NCBI GenBank assembly: GCA_964016885.1
Contig: CAXHJY010001472.1
Span: 868,001 to 932,000, forward strand
Direction: 5' to 3'
Origin: Eledone cirrhosa
Taxonomy: Eukaryota
Length of the DNA: 64,000 nucleotides
Of this stretch, positions 1 through 12,900 are shown piece by piece. How positions within the stretch are numbered: position 1 is the stretch's first letter; every line of letters starts with the position of its first letter. Under the pieces are notes generated by a model. The model was not told the DNA's origin. It ran no database searches and worked only from the letters and a program-made list of their open reading frames with translations. A program made the translations under genes and the position numbers.

Positions 1-212
1 TTTTTACAAATCTCCCAGTGATTTTTAAAAAAAATTTTCTCCCCTTCGCTGGCTGGAAATTATCTCCCCTTGGACGCTGGAAATTATAGCCCCCTTGGAG
101 GGCTGGAAATTATCTTCCCTTGGACGGCTGGAAATTATCTCCCCTTGATTTTTTTTACAAATTATCTCCCCCTGATTTTTTTTTACAAATTATCTCCGCC
201 TGATTTTTAAAA

Positions 213-340
213 AAAATTATCTCCCCTTGGACGGCTGGAATTATCTCCCCTTGGACGGCTGGAAATTATCTCCCCTTGGACGGCTAGAAATTACCTCTCC
301 TTGGACGGCTGAAAATTATCTCCCCTTGGACGGCTGCAAA
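213..340 (+). repeat. Example run of type-A monomers (25-bp consensus AAATTATCTCCCCTTGGACGGCTGG)
   Basis: Five consecutive monomers ending ...GGCTGG, ...GGCTGG, ...GGCTAG, ...GGCTGA and ...GGCTGC. A runs are typically 2-6 monomers long throughout the window. Confidence 0.97.
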
Positions 341-2074
341 TTATCTCCCCTTGATTTTTTTTACAAATTATCTCCCCCTGATTTTTTTTTACAAATTATC
401 TACCCCTGATTTTTTTTACAAATTATCTCCCCCTGATTTTTTTTACAAATTATCTCCCCCTGATTTTTTTTTACAAATTATCTCCCCCTGATTTTTTTAC
501 AAATTAACTCCCCCTGATTTTTTTTACAATCTCCGCCTGATTTTTTAAAAAATAATCTTCCCTTGGCTGGCGGGAAATTATCTCCCCTTGGACGGCTGGA
601 AATTATCTCCCCTTGGAAGGATAGAAATTATCTCCCCTTGGACGGCTGGAAATTATCTCCCCTTGCACGGCTGGAAATTATCTCCCCTTGGACAGCTGGA
701 AATTATCTGCCCTTGATTTTGTTTTTACAAATTATCTCCCCCTGATTTTTTTTACAAATTATCTCCACCTGATTTTTTAAAAAATTATCTCCCCTTGGAC
801 GGCTGGAAATTATCTCCCCTTGGCTGGAAATTATCTCCCCTTGGACGGCTAGAAATTATCTCTCTTTGGACGGCTGGAAATTATCTCCCTTTGATTTTTT
901 TTACAAATTATCTCCCTCTGATTTTTTTTACAAATCTCCCCCTGATTTTTAAAAAAAAATTATCTCCCCTTCGCTGGCTGGAAATTATCTCCCCTTGGAC
1001 ACTGGAAATTATAGCCCCTTGGAGGGCTGGAAATTATCTTCCCTTGGACGGCTGGAAATTATCTCCCCTTGATTTTTTTTACAAATTATCTCCCCCTGAT
1101 ATTTTTTTTACAAATTATCTCCCCCTGATTTTTTTACAAATTATCTCCCCCTGATTTTTTTTACAAATTATCTCCGCCTGATTTTTTTAAATATTATCTT
1201 CCCTTGGCTGGCGGGAAATTATCTCCCCTTGGACGGTTGGAAATTATCTCCCCTTGCACTGCTGGAAATTATCTCCCCTTGGACGGCTGGAAATTATCTC
1301 CCCTTGCACGGCTGGAAATTATCATCCCCTTGGACGGCTAGAAATTGGACGGCTGAAAATTATCTCCCCTTGGACGGCTGCAAATTATCTCCCCTTGATT
1401 TTTTTTTACAAATTATCTGCCCCTGATTTTTTTTTACAAATTATCTCCCCCTGATTTTTTTTTACAAATTATCTCCGCCTGATTTTTAAAAAAAAATTAT
1501 CTCCCCTTAGACGGCTGGAAATTATCTCCCCTTGGACGGCTGGAAATTATCTCCCCTTGGACGGCTAGAAATTGGACGGCTGAAAATTATCTCCCCTTGG
1601 ACGGCTGCAAATTATCTCCCCTTGATTTTTTTTACAAATTATCTCCCCCTGATTTTTTTTTACAAATTATCTCCCCCTGATTTTTTTTTTACAAATTATC
1701 TCCCCCTGATTTTTTTACAAATTATCTCCCCCTGATTTTTTTTACAATCTCCGCCTGATTTTTTAAAAAATTATCTTCCCTTGGCTGGCGGGAAATTATC
1801 TCCCCTTGGACGGCTGGAAATTATCTCCCCTTGGCTGGAAATTATCTCCCCTTGGACACTGGAAATTATAGCCCCTTGGAGGGCTGGAAATTATCTTCCC
1901 TTGGACGGCTGGAAATTATCTCCCCTTGATTTTTTTACAAATTATCTGCCCCTGATTTTTTTTTACAAATTATCTCCCCCTGATTTTTTTTTACAAATTA
2001 TCTACCCCTGATTTTTTTTACAAATTATCTCCCCCTGATTTTTTTTTTACAAATTATCTCCCCCTGATTTTTTT

Positions 2075-2680
2075 AAAAATGATCTCCCCTTGGACGGCTG
2101 GAAATGATCTCCCCTTGGCTGGTTGGAAATTATCTCCCCTTGGACCGCTAGAAATTATCTCTCCTTGGACGGCTGGAAATTATTTCCCCTTGATTTTTTT
2201 TACAAATCTCCCCCTAATTTAAAAAAAAATTATCTCCCCTTCGCTGGCTGGAAATTATCTCCCTTTGGACGGCTGGAAATTATAGCCCCTTGTAGGGCTG
2301 GAAATTATCTCCCCTTGGACGGCTGGAAATTATCTCCCCTTGATTTTTTTTACAAATTATCTCCCCCTGATTTTTTTAAAAATGATCTCCCCTTGGACGG
2401 CTGGAAATGATCTCCCCTTGGCTGGTTGGAAATTATCTCCCCTTGGACCGCTAGAAATTATCTCTCCTTGGATGGCTGGAAATTATCTCCCCTTGATTTT
2501 TCTACAAATTATCTCCCCCTGATTTTTTTTACAAATCTCCCAGTGATTTTTAAAAAAAATTTTCTCCCCTTCGCTGGCTGGAAATTATCTCCCCTTGGAC
2601 GCTGGAAATTATAGCCCCTTGGAAGGCTGGAAATTATCTTCCCTTGGACGGCTGGAAATTATCTCCCCTTGATTTTTTTT
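2075..2680 (+). repeat. 303-bp tandem sub-repeat (AAATGATCTCC-marked module), two diverged copies
   Basis: The string AAAATGATCTCCCCTTGGACGGCTGGAAATGATCTCCCCTTGGCTGGTTGG...GGACCGCTAG recurs 303 bp apart (ORF starts 2123 and 2426; likewise 9127/9430, 30863/31166 and 53415/53718). Confidence 0.9.
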
Positions 2681-5600
2681 ACAAATTATCTCCCCCTGAT
2701 TTTTTTTTTTACAAATTATCTCCCCCTGATTTTTTTTAACAAATTATCTCCGCCTGATTTTTTTAAAAAAATTATCTCCCCTTGGACGGCTGGAAATTAT
2801 CTCCCCTTGGACGGCTGGAAATTATCTCCCCTTGGACGGCTAGAAATTACCTCTCCTTGGACGGCTGAAAATTATCTCCCCTTGGACGGCTGCAAATTAT
2901 CTCCCCTTGATTTTTTTTACAAATTATCTCCCCTTGATTTTTTTTTACAAATTATCTCCCCCTGATTTTTTTTACAAATTATCTTCCCTTGGACGGCTGG
3001 AAATTATCTCCCCTTGGAAGGATGGAAATTATCTCCCCTTGGACGGCTGGAAATTATCTCCCCTTGCACGGCTGGAAATTATCTCCCCTTGGACAGCTGG
3101 AAATTATCTGCCCTTGATTTTGTTTTTACAAATTATCTCCCCCTGATTTTTTTTACAAATTATCTCCACCTGATTTTTTTAAAAATTATCTCCCCTTGGA
3201 CGGCTGGAAATTATCTCCCCTTGGCTGGAAATTATCTCCCCTTGGACGGCTAGAAATTATCTCTCTTTGGACGGCTGGAAATTATCTCCCTTTGATTTTT
3301 TTAACAAATTATCTCCCTCTGATTTTTTTTACAAATCTCCCCCTGATTTTTTAAAAAAAATTATCTCCCCTTCGCTGGCTGGAAATTATCTCCCCTTGGA
3401 CACTGGAAATTATAGCCCCCTGGAGGGCTGGAAATTATCTTCCCTTGGACGGCTGGAAATTATCTCCCCTTGATTTTTTTTACAAATTATCTCCCCCTGA
3501 TTTTTTTTTACAAATTATCTCCCCCTGATTTTTTTTACAAATTATCTCCCCCTGATTTTTTTTTACAAATTATCTCCCCCTGATATTTTTTTTACAAATT
3601 ATCTCCGCCTGATTTTTTAAAAAAAATTATCTCCCCTTGGACGGCTGGAAATTATCTCCCCTTGGACGGCTGGAAATTATCTCCCCTTGGACGGCTAGAA
3701 ATTACCTCTCCTTGGACGGCTGAAAATTATCTCCCCTTGGACGGCTGCAAATTATCTCCCCTTGATTTTTTTTACAAATTATCTCCCCCTGATTTTTTTT
3801 TTACAAATTATCTCCCCCTGATTTTTTTTTTACAAATCTCCGCCCGATTTTTAAAAAAAATTATCTCCCCTTGGACGGCTGGAAATTATCTCCCCTTGGA
3901 CGGCTGGAAATTATCTTCCCTTGGACGGCTAGAAATTACCTCTCCTTGGACGGCTGAAAATTATCTCCCCTTGGACGGCTGGAAATTATCTCCCCTTGAT
4001 TTTTTTACAAATTATCTGCCCCTGATTTTTTTTTTACAAATTATCTCCCCCTGATTTTTTTAAAAATGATCTCCCCTTGGACGGCTGGAAATGATCTCCC
4101 CTTGGCTGGTTGGAAATTATCTCCCCTTGGACCGCTAGAAATAATCTCTCCTTGGACGGCTGGAAATTATCTCCCCTTGATTTTTTTTACAAATCTCCCC
4201 CTAATTTAAAAAAAAATTATCTCCCCTTCGCTGGCTGGAAATTATCTCCCTTTGGACGGCTGGAAATTATAGCCCCTTGTAGGGCTGGAAATTATCTCCC
4301 CTTGGACGGCTGGAAATTATCTCCCCTTGATTTTCTTTACAAATTATCTCCCCCTGACTTTTTAAAAAATGATCTCCCCTTGGACGGCTGGAAATGATCT
4401 CCCCTTGGCTGGTTGGAAATTTTCTCCCCTTGGACCGCTAGAAATTATCTCTCCTTGGACGGCTGGAAATTATCTCCCCTTGATTTTTTTACAAATTATC
4501 TCCCCCTGATTTTTTTTACAAATCTCCCAGTGATTTTTTAAAAAAATTATCTCCCCTTCGCTGGCTGGAAATTATCTCCCCTTGGACGCTGGAAATTATA
4601 GCCCCTTGGAGGGCTGGAAATTATCTTCCCTTGGACGGCTGGAAATTATCTCCCCTTGATTTTTTTTACAAATTATCTCCCCCTGATTTTTTTTTACAAA
4701 TTATCTCCCCCTGATTTTTTTTACAAATTATCTCCCCCTGATTTTTTTTAACAAATTATCTCCCCTTGGACGGCTGGAAATTATCTCCCCTTGGACGGCT
4801 GGAAATTATCTCCCCTTGGACGGCTAGAAATTACCTCTCCTTGGACAGCTGAAAATTATCTCCCCTTGGACGGCTGCAAATTATCTCCCCTTGATTTTTT
4901 TTACAAATTATCTCCCCTTGATTTTTTTTTACAAATTATCTCCCCCTGATTTTTTTTACAAATTATCTCCCCCTGATTTTTTTTTACAAATTATCTCCCC
5001 CTGATTTTTTTTACAAAATATCTCCCCCTGATTTTTTTACAAATTATCTCCCCCTGATTTTTTTTACAATCTCCGCCTGATTTTTTAAAAAATTATCTTG
5101 CCTTGGCTGGCTGGAAATTATCTCCCCTTGGACGGCTGGAAATTATCTCCCCTTGGAAGGATGGAAATTATCTCCCCTTGGACGGCTGGAAATTATCTCC
5201 CCTTGCACGGCTGGAAATTATCTCCCCTTGGACAGCTGGAAATTATCTGCCCTTGATTTTGTTTTTACAAATTATGTTCCCCTGATTTTTTTTACAAATT
5301 ATCTCCACCTGATTTTTTAAAAAATTATCTCCCCTTGGACGGCTGGAAATTATCTCCCCTTGGTTGGAAATTATCTCCCCTTGGACGGCTAGAAATTATC
5401 TCTGTTTGGACGGCTGGAAATTATCTCCCTTTGATTTTTTTAACAAATTATCTCCCTCTGATTTTTTTTACAAATCTCCCCCTGATTTTTTTAAAAAAAT
5501 TATCTCCCCTTCGCTGGCTGGAAATTATCTCCCCTTGGACACTGGAAATTATAGCCCCCTGGAGGGCTGGAAATTATCTTCCCTTGGACGGCTGGAAATT

Positions 5601-6624
5601 ATCTCCCCTTGATTTTTTTTACAAATTATCTCCCCCTGATTTTTTTTTTACAAATTATCTTCCCTTGGCTGGCGGGAAATTATCTCCCCTTGGACGGCTG
5701 GAAATTATCTCCCCTTGGAAGGATGGAAATTATCTCCCCTTGGACAGCTGGAAATTATCTCCCCTTGGACGGCTGAAAATTATCTCCCCTTGATTTTTTT
5801 TTTACAAATTATCTCCCCCTGATTTTTTTTTACAAATTATCTCCCCCTGATTTTTTTTTTACAAATTATCTCTCCCTGATTTTTTTTTACAAATATCTCC
5901 CCTTGGCTGGCTGGAAATTATCTCCCCTTGGACGGTTGGAAATTATCTCCCCTTGGACGGCTGGAAATTATCTCCCCTTGGACGGCTGGAAATTATCTCC
6001 TCTTGGACGGCTGGAAATTATCTCCCCTTGGACGGCTGGAAATTATCTGCCCTTGATTTTTTTTTACAAATTATCTCCCCCTGATTTTTTTAAAAATGAT
6101 CTCCCCTTGGACGGCTGGAAATGATCTCCCCTTGGCTGGTTGGAAATTATCTCCCCTTGGACCGCTAGAAATTATCTCTCCTTGGACGGCTGGAAATTAT
6201 CTCCCCTTGATTTTTTTACAAATTATCTCGTCCTGATTTTTTTTACAAATCTCCCAGTGATTTTTAAAAAAAAATTATCTCCCCTTCGCTGGCTGGAAAT
6301 TATCTCACCTTGGACGCTGGAAATTATAGCCCCTTGGAGGGCTGGAAATTATCTTCACTTGGACGGCTGGAAATTACCTCCCCTTGATTTTTTTTACAAA
6401 TTATCTCCCCCTGATTTTTTTTTACAAATTATCTCCCCCGGATTTTTTTTTATAAATTATCTCCCCCTGATTTTTTTTAACAAATTATCTCCGCCTGATT
6501 TTTAAAAAAAAATTATCTCCCCTTAGACGGCTGGAAATTATCTCCCCTTGGACGGCTGGAAATTATCTCCCCTTGGACGGCTAGAAATTGGACGGCTGAA
6601 AATTATCTCCCCTTGGACGGCTGC

Positions 6625-6900
6625 AAATTATCTCCCCTTGATTTTTTTTACAAATTATCTCCCCCTGATTTTTTTTTACAAATTATCTCCCCCTGATTTT
6701 TTTTTACAAATTATCTCCCCCTGATTTTTTTTTACAAATTATCTACCCCTGATTTTTTTTTACAAATTATCTCCCCCTGATTTTTTTTTACAAATTATCT
6801 CCCCCTGATTTTTTTTTTACAAATTATCTCCCCCTGATTTTTTTACAAATTATCTCCCCCTGATTTTTTTTACAATCTCCGCCTGATTTTTTAAAAAATG
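6625..6900 (+). repeat. Example run of type-B monomers (AAATTATCTCCCCCTGA-T7-10-AC) ending in a T6A6 junction monomer
   Basis: About 10 consecutive monomers with poly-T tails, closed by ...ACAATCTCCGCCTGATTTTTTAAAAAATGATC. Confidence 0.97.
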
Positions 6901-9900
6901 ATCTCCCCTTGGACGGCTGGAAATGATCTCCCCTTGGCTGGTTGGAAATTATCTCCCCTTGGACCGCTAGAAATTATCTCTCCTTGGACGGCTGGAAATT
7001 ATCTCCCCTTAATTTTTTTACAAATTATCTCCCCCTGATTTTTTTTACAAATCTCCCAGTGATTTTTAAAAAAAAATTATCTCCCCTTCGCTGGCTGGAA
7101 ATTATCTCCCCTTGGACGCTGGAAATTATAGCCCCCTTGGAGGGCTGGAAATTATCTTCCCTTGGACGGCTGGAAATTATCTCCCCTTGATTTTTTTTAC
7201 AAATTATCTCCCCCTGATTTTTTTTTACAAATTATCTCCGCCTGATTTTTAAAAAAAAATTATCTCCCCTTGGACGGCTGGAATTATCTCCCCTTGGACG
7301 GCTGGAAATTATCTCCCCTTGGACGGCTAGAAATTACCTCTCCTTGGACGGCTGAAAATTATCTCCCCTTGGACGGCTGCAAATTATCTCCCCTTGATTT
7401 TTTTTACAAATTATCTCCCCCTGATTTTTTTTTACAAATTATCTCCCCCTGATTTTTTTTACAAATTATCTCCCCCTGATTTTTTTTTACAAATTATCTC
7501 CCCCTGATTTTTTTTTACAAATTATCTCCCCCTGATTTTTTTTACAAATTATCTCCCCCTGATTTTTTTTACAATCTCCGCCTGATTTTTTAAAAAATAA
7601 TCTTCCCTTGGCTGGCGGGAAATTATCTCCCCTTGGACGGCTGGAAATTATCTCCCCTTGGAAGGATAGAAATTATCTCCCCTTGGACGGCTGGAAATTA
7701 TCTCCCCTTGCACGGCTGGAAATTATCTCCCCTTGGACAGCTGGAAATTATCTGCCCTTGATTTTGTTTTTACAAATTATCTCCCCCTGATTTTTTTTAC
7801 AAATTATCTCCACCTGATTTTTTAAAAAATTATCTCCCCTTGGACGGCTGGAAATTATCTCCCCTTGGCTGGAAATTATCTCCCCTTGGACGGCTAGAAA
7901 TTATCTCTCTTTGGACGGCTGGAAATTATCTCCCTTTGATTTTTTTTACAAATTATCTCCCTCTGATTTTTTTTACAAATCTCCCCCTGATTTTTAAAAA
8001 AAAATTATCTCCCCTTCGCTGGCTGGAAATTATCTCCCCTTGGACACTGGAAATTATAGCCCCTTGGAGGGCTGGAAATTATCTTCCCTTGGACGGCTGG
8101 AAATTATCTCCCCTTGATTTTTTTTACAAATTATCTCCCCCTGATATTTTTTTTACAAATTATCTCCCCCTGATTTTTTTACAAATTATCTCCCCCTGAT
8201 TTTTTTTACAAATTATCTCCGCCTGATTTTTTTAAATATTATCTTCCCTTGGCTGGCGGGAAATTATCTCCCCTTGGACGGTTGGAAATTATCTCCCCTT
8301 GCACTGCTGGAAATTATCTCCCCTTGGACGGCTGGAAATTATCTCCCCTTGCACGGCTGGAAATTATCATCCCCTTGGACGGCTGAAAATTATCTCCCCT
8401 TGATTTTTTTTACAAATTATCTGCCCCTGATTTTTTTTTACAAATTATCTCCCCCTGATTTTTTTTACAAATTATCTCCGCCTGATTTTTAAAAAAAAAT
8501 TATCTCCCCTTAGACGGCTGGAAATTATCTCCCCTTGGACGGCTGGAAATTATCTCCCCTTGGACGGCTAGAAATTGGACGGCTGAAAATTATCTCCCCT
8601 TGGACGGCTGCAAATTATCTCCCCTTGATTTTTTTTACAAATTATCTCCCCCTGATTTTTTTTTACAAATTATCTCCCCCTGATTTTTTTTTTACAAATT
8701 ATCTCCCCCTGATTTTTTTACAAATTATCTCCCCCTGATTTTTTTTACAAACTCCGCCTGATTTTTTAAAAAATTATCTTCCCTTGGCTGGCGGGAAATT
8801 ATCTCCCCTTGGACGGCTGGAAATTATCTCCCCTTGGCTGGAAATTATCTCCCCTTGGACACTGGAAATTATGGCCCCTTGGAGGGCTGGAAATTATCTT
8901 CCCTTGAACGGCTGGAAATTATCTCCCCTTGATTTTTTTACAAATTATCTGCCCCTGATTTTTTTTTACAAATTATCTCCCCCTGATTTTTTTTTTACAA
9001 ATTATCTACCCCTGATTTTTTTTACAAATTATCTCCCCCTGATTTTTTTTTTACAAATTATCTCCCCCTGATTTTTTAAAAAATGATCTCCCCTTGGACG
9101 GCTGGAAATGATCTCCCCTTGGCTGGTTGGAAATTATCTCCCCTTGGACCGCTAGAAATTATCTCTCCTTGGACGGCTGGAAATTATTTCCCCTTGATTT
9201 TTTTTACAAATCTCCCCCTAATTTAAAAAAAAATTATCTCCCCTTCGCTGGCTGGAAATTATCTCCCTTTGGACGGCTGGAAATTATAGCCCCTTGTAGG
9301 GCTGGAAATTATCTCCCCTTGGACGGCTGGAAATTATCTCCCCTTGATTTTTTTTACAAATTATCTCCCCCTGATTTTTTTAAAAATGATCTCCCCTTGG
9401 ACGGCTGGAAATGATCTCCCCTTGGCTGGTTGGAAATTATCTCCCCTTGGACCGCTAGAAATTATCTCTCCTTGGATGGCTGGAAATTATCTCCCCTTGA
9501 TTTTTCTACAAATTATCTCCCCCTGATTTTTTTTACAAATCTCCCAGTGATTTTTAAAAAAAATTTTCTCCCCTTCGCTGGCTGGAAATTATCTCCCCTT
9601 GGACGCTGGAAATTATAGCCCCTTGGAAGGCTGGAAATTATCTTCCCTTGGACGGCTGGAAATTATCTCCCCTTGATTTTTTTTACAAATTATCTCCCCC
9701 TGATTTTTTTTTTACAAATTATCTCCCCCTGATTTTTTTTAACAAATTATCTCCGCCTGATTTTTTTAAAAAAATTATCTCCCCTTGGACGGCTGGAAAT
9801 TATCTCCCCTTGGACGGCTGGAAATTATCTCCCCTTGGACGGCTAGAAATTACCTCTCCTTGGACGGCTGAAAATTATCTCCCCTTGGACGGCTGCAAAT

Positions 9901-12900
9901 TATCTCCCCTTGATTTTTTTTACAAATTATCTCCCCTTGATTTTTTTTTATAAATTATCTCCCCCTGATTTTTTTTACAAATTATCTTCCCTTGGACGGC
10001 TGGAAATTATCTCCCCTTGGAAGGATGGAAATTATCTCCCCTTGGACGGCTGGAAATTATCTCCCCTTGCACGGCTGGAAATTATCTCCCCTTGGACAGC
10101 TGGAAATTATCTGCCCTTGATTTTTTTTTACAAATTATCTCCCCCTGATTTTTTTTTACAAATTATCTCCCCCTGATTTTTTTTTTACAAATTATCTCCG
10201 CCTGATTTTTTTTTTAAATTATCTCCCCTTGGACGGCTGGAAATTATCTCCCCTTGGACGGCTGGAAATTATCTTCCCTTGGACGGCTAGAAATTACCTC
10301 TCCTTGGACGGCTGAAAATTATCTCCCCTTGGACGGCTGGAAATTATCTCCCCTTGATTTTTTTACAAATTATCTGCCCCTGATTTTTTTTTACAAATTA
10401 TCTCCCCCTGATTTTTTTTTACAAATTATCTCCCCCTGATTTTTTTTTACTAATTATCTCCCCCTGATTTTTTTTTTACAAATTATCTCCCCCTGATTTT
10501 TTTACAAATTATCTCCCCCTGATTTTTTTTACAATCTCCGCCTGATTTTTTAAAAAATTATCTTCCCTTGGCTGGCGGGAAATTATCTCCCCTTGGACGG
10601 CTGGAAATTATCTCCCCTTGGCTGGAAATTATCTCCCCTTGGACACTGGAAATTATAGCCCCTTGGAGGGCTGGAAATTATCTTCCCTTGGACGGCTGGA
10701 AATTATCTCCCCTTGATTTTTTTACAAATTATCTGCCCCTGATTTTTTTTTTACAAATTATCTCCCCCTGATTTTTTTTTACAAATTATCTACCCCTGAT
10801 TTTTTTTACAAATTATCTCCCCCTGATTTTTTTTTACAAATTATCTCCCCCTGATTTTTTAAAAAATGATCTCCCCTTGGACTGCTGGAAATGATCTCCC
10901 CTTGGCTGGTTGGAAATTATCTCCCCTTGGACCGCTAGAAATTATCTCTCCTTGGACGGCTGGAAATTATTTCCCCTTGATTTTTTTTACAAATCTCCCC
11001 CTAATTTAAAAAAAAATTATCTCCCCTTCGCTGGCTGGAAATTATCTCCCTTTGGACGGCTGGAAATTATAGCCCCTTGTAGGGCTGGAAATTATCTCCC
11101 CTTGGACGGCTGGAAATTATCTCCCCTTGATTTTTTTTACAAATTATCTCCCCCTGATTTTTTTAAAAATGATCTCCCCTTGGACGGCTGGAAATGATCT
11201 CCCCTTGGCTGGTTGGAAATTATCTCCCCTTGGACCGCTAGAAATTATCTCTCCTTGGATGGCTGGAAATTATCTCCCCTTGATTTTTTTACAAATTATC
11301 TCCCCCTGATTTTTTTACAAATCTCCCAGTGATTTTTAAAAAAAATTTTCTCCCCTTCGCTGGCTGGAAATTATCTCCCCTTGGACGCTGGAAATTATAG
11401 CCCCTTGGAAGGCTGGAAATTATCTTCCCTTGGACGGCTGGAAATTATCTCCCCTTGATTTTTTTTTACAAATTATCTCCCCCTGATTTTTTTTTTTACA
11501 AATTATCTCCCCCTGATTTTTTTTAACAAATTATCTCCGCCTGATTTTTTTAAAAAAATTATCTCCCCTTGGACGGCTGGAAATTATCTCCCCTTGGACG
11601 GCTGGAAATTATCTCCCCTTGGACGGCTAGAAATTACCTCTCCTTGGACGGCTGAAAATTATCTCCCCTTGGACGGCTGCAAATTATCTCCCCTTGATTT
11701 TTTTTACAAATTATCTCCCCTTGATTTTTTTTTACAAATTATCTCCCCCTGATTTTTTTTACAAATTATCTTCCCTTGGACGGCTGGAAATTATCTCCCC
11801 TTGGAAGGATGGAAATTATCTCCCCTTGGACGGCTGGAAATTATCTCCCCTTGCACGGCTGGAAATTATCTCCCCTTGGACAGCTGGAAATTATCTGCCC
11901 TTGATTTTGTTTTTACAAATTATCTCCCCCTGATTTTTTTTACAAATTATCTCCACCTGATTTTTTTAAAAATTATCTCCCCTTGGACGGCTGGAAATTA
12001 TCTCCCCTTGGCTGGAAATTATCTCCCCTTGGACGGCTAGAAATTATCTCTCTTTGGACGGCTGGAAATTATCTCCCTTTGATTTTTTTAACAAATTATC
12101 TCCCTCTGATTTTTTTTACAAATCTCCCCCTGATTTTTTTAAAAAAATTATCTCCCCTTCGCTGGCTGGAAATTATCTCCCCTTGGACACTGGAAATTAT
12201 AGCCCCCTGGAGGGCTGGAAATTATCTTCCCTTGGACGGCTGGAAATTATCTCCCCTTGATTTTTTTTACAAATTATCTCCCCCTGATTTTTTTTTACAA
12301 ATTATCTCCCCCTGATTTTTTTTACAAATTATCTCCCCCTGATTTTTTTTTACAAATTATCTCCCCCTGATATTTTTTTTACAAATTATCTCCGCCTGAT
12401 TTTTTAAAAAAAATTATCTCCCCTTGGACGGCTGGAAATTATCTCCCCTTGGACGGCTGGAAATTATCTCCCCTTGGACGGCTAGAAATTACCTCTCCTT
12501 GGACGGCTGAAAATTATCTCCCCTTGGACGGCTGCAAATTATCTCCCCTTGATTTTTTTTACAAATTATCTCCCCCTGATTTTTTTTTTACAAATTATCT
12601 CCCCCTGATTTTTTTTTTACAAATCTCCGCCTGATTTTTAAAAAAAATTATCTCCCCTTGGACGGCTGGAAATTATCTCCCCTTGGACGGCTGGAAATTA
12701 TCTTCCCTTGGACGGCTAGAAATTACCTCTCCTTGGACGGCTGAAAATTATCTCCCCTTGGACGGCTGGAAATTATCTCCCCTTGATTTTTTTACAAATT
12801 ATCTGCCCCTGATTTTTTTTTTACAAATTATCTCCCCCTGATTTTTTTAAAAATGATCTCCCCTTGGACGGCTGGAAATGATCTCCCCTTGGCTGGTTGG

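Larger units (their letters stand above)
1..7045 (+). repeat. Basic ~7.04 kb higher-order repeat composed of three related 2.1-2.5 kb sub-blocks
   Basis: Near-identical ORF strings recur at 227/7270 (7,043 bp), 563/7608 and 795/7840 (7,045 bp). The marker GATTTTGTTTTTAC has its internal G at 721, 3122, 5261 and 7766 (spacings 2401, 2139 and 2505). Confidence 0.88.

Noticed and set aside
340-560. Poly-T tracts as intrinsic or Pol III terminators
   Set aside because: No stable GC hairpin precedes them and no transcription unit is evident. They are simply part of monomer B.
6625-6900. Phased A-tract bent DNA (kinetoplast-like)
   Set aside because: Tract spacing is a variable 26-30 bp (about 2.5-2.8 helical turns) and is not in phase with 10.5 bp, so coherent curvature is not supported.
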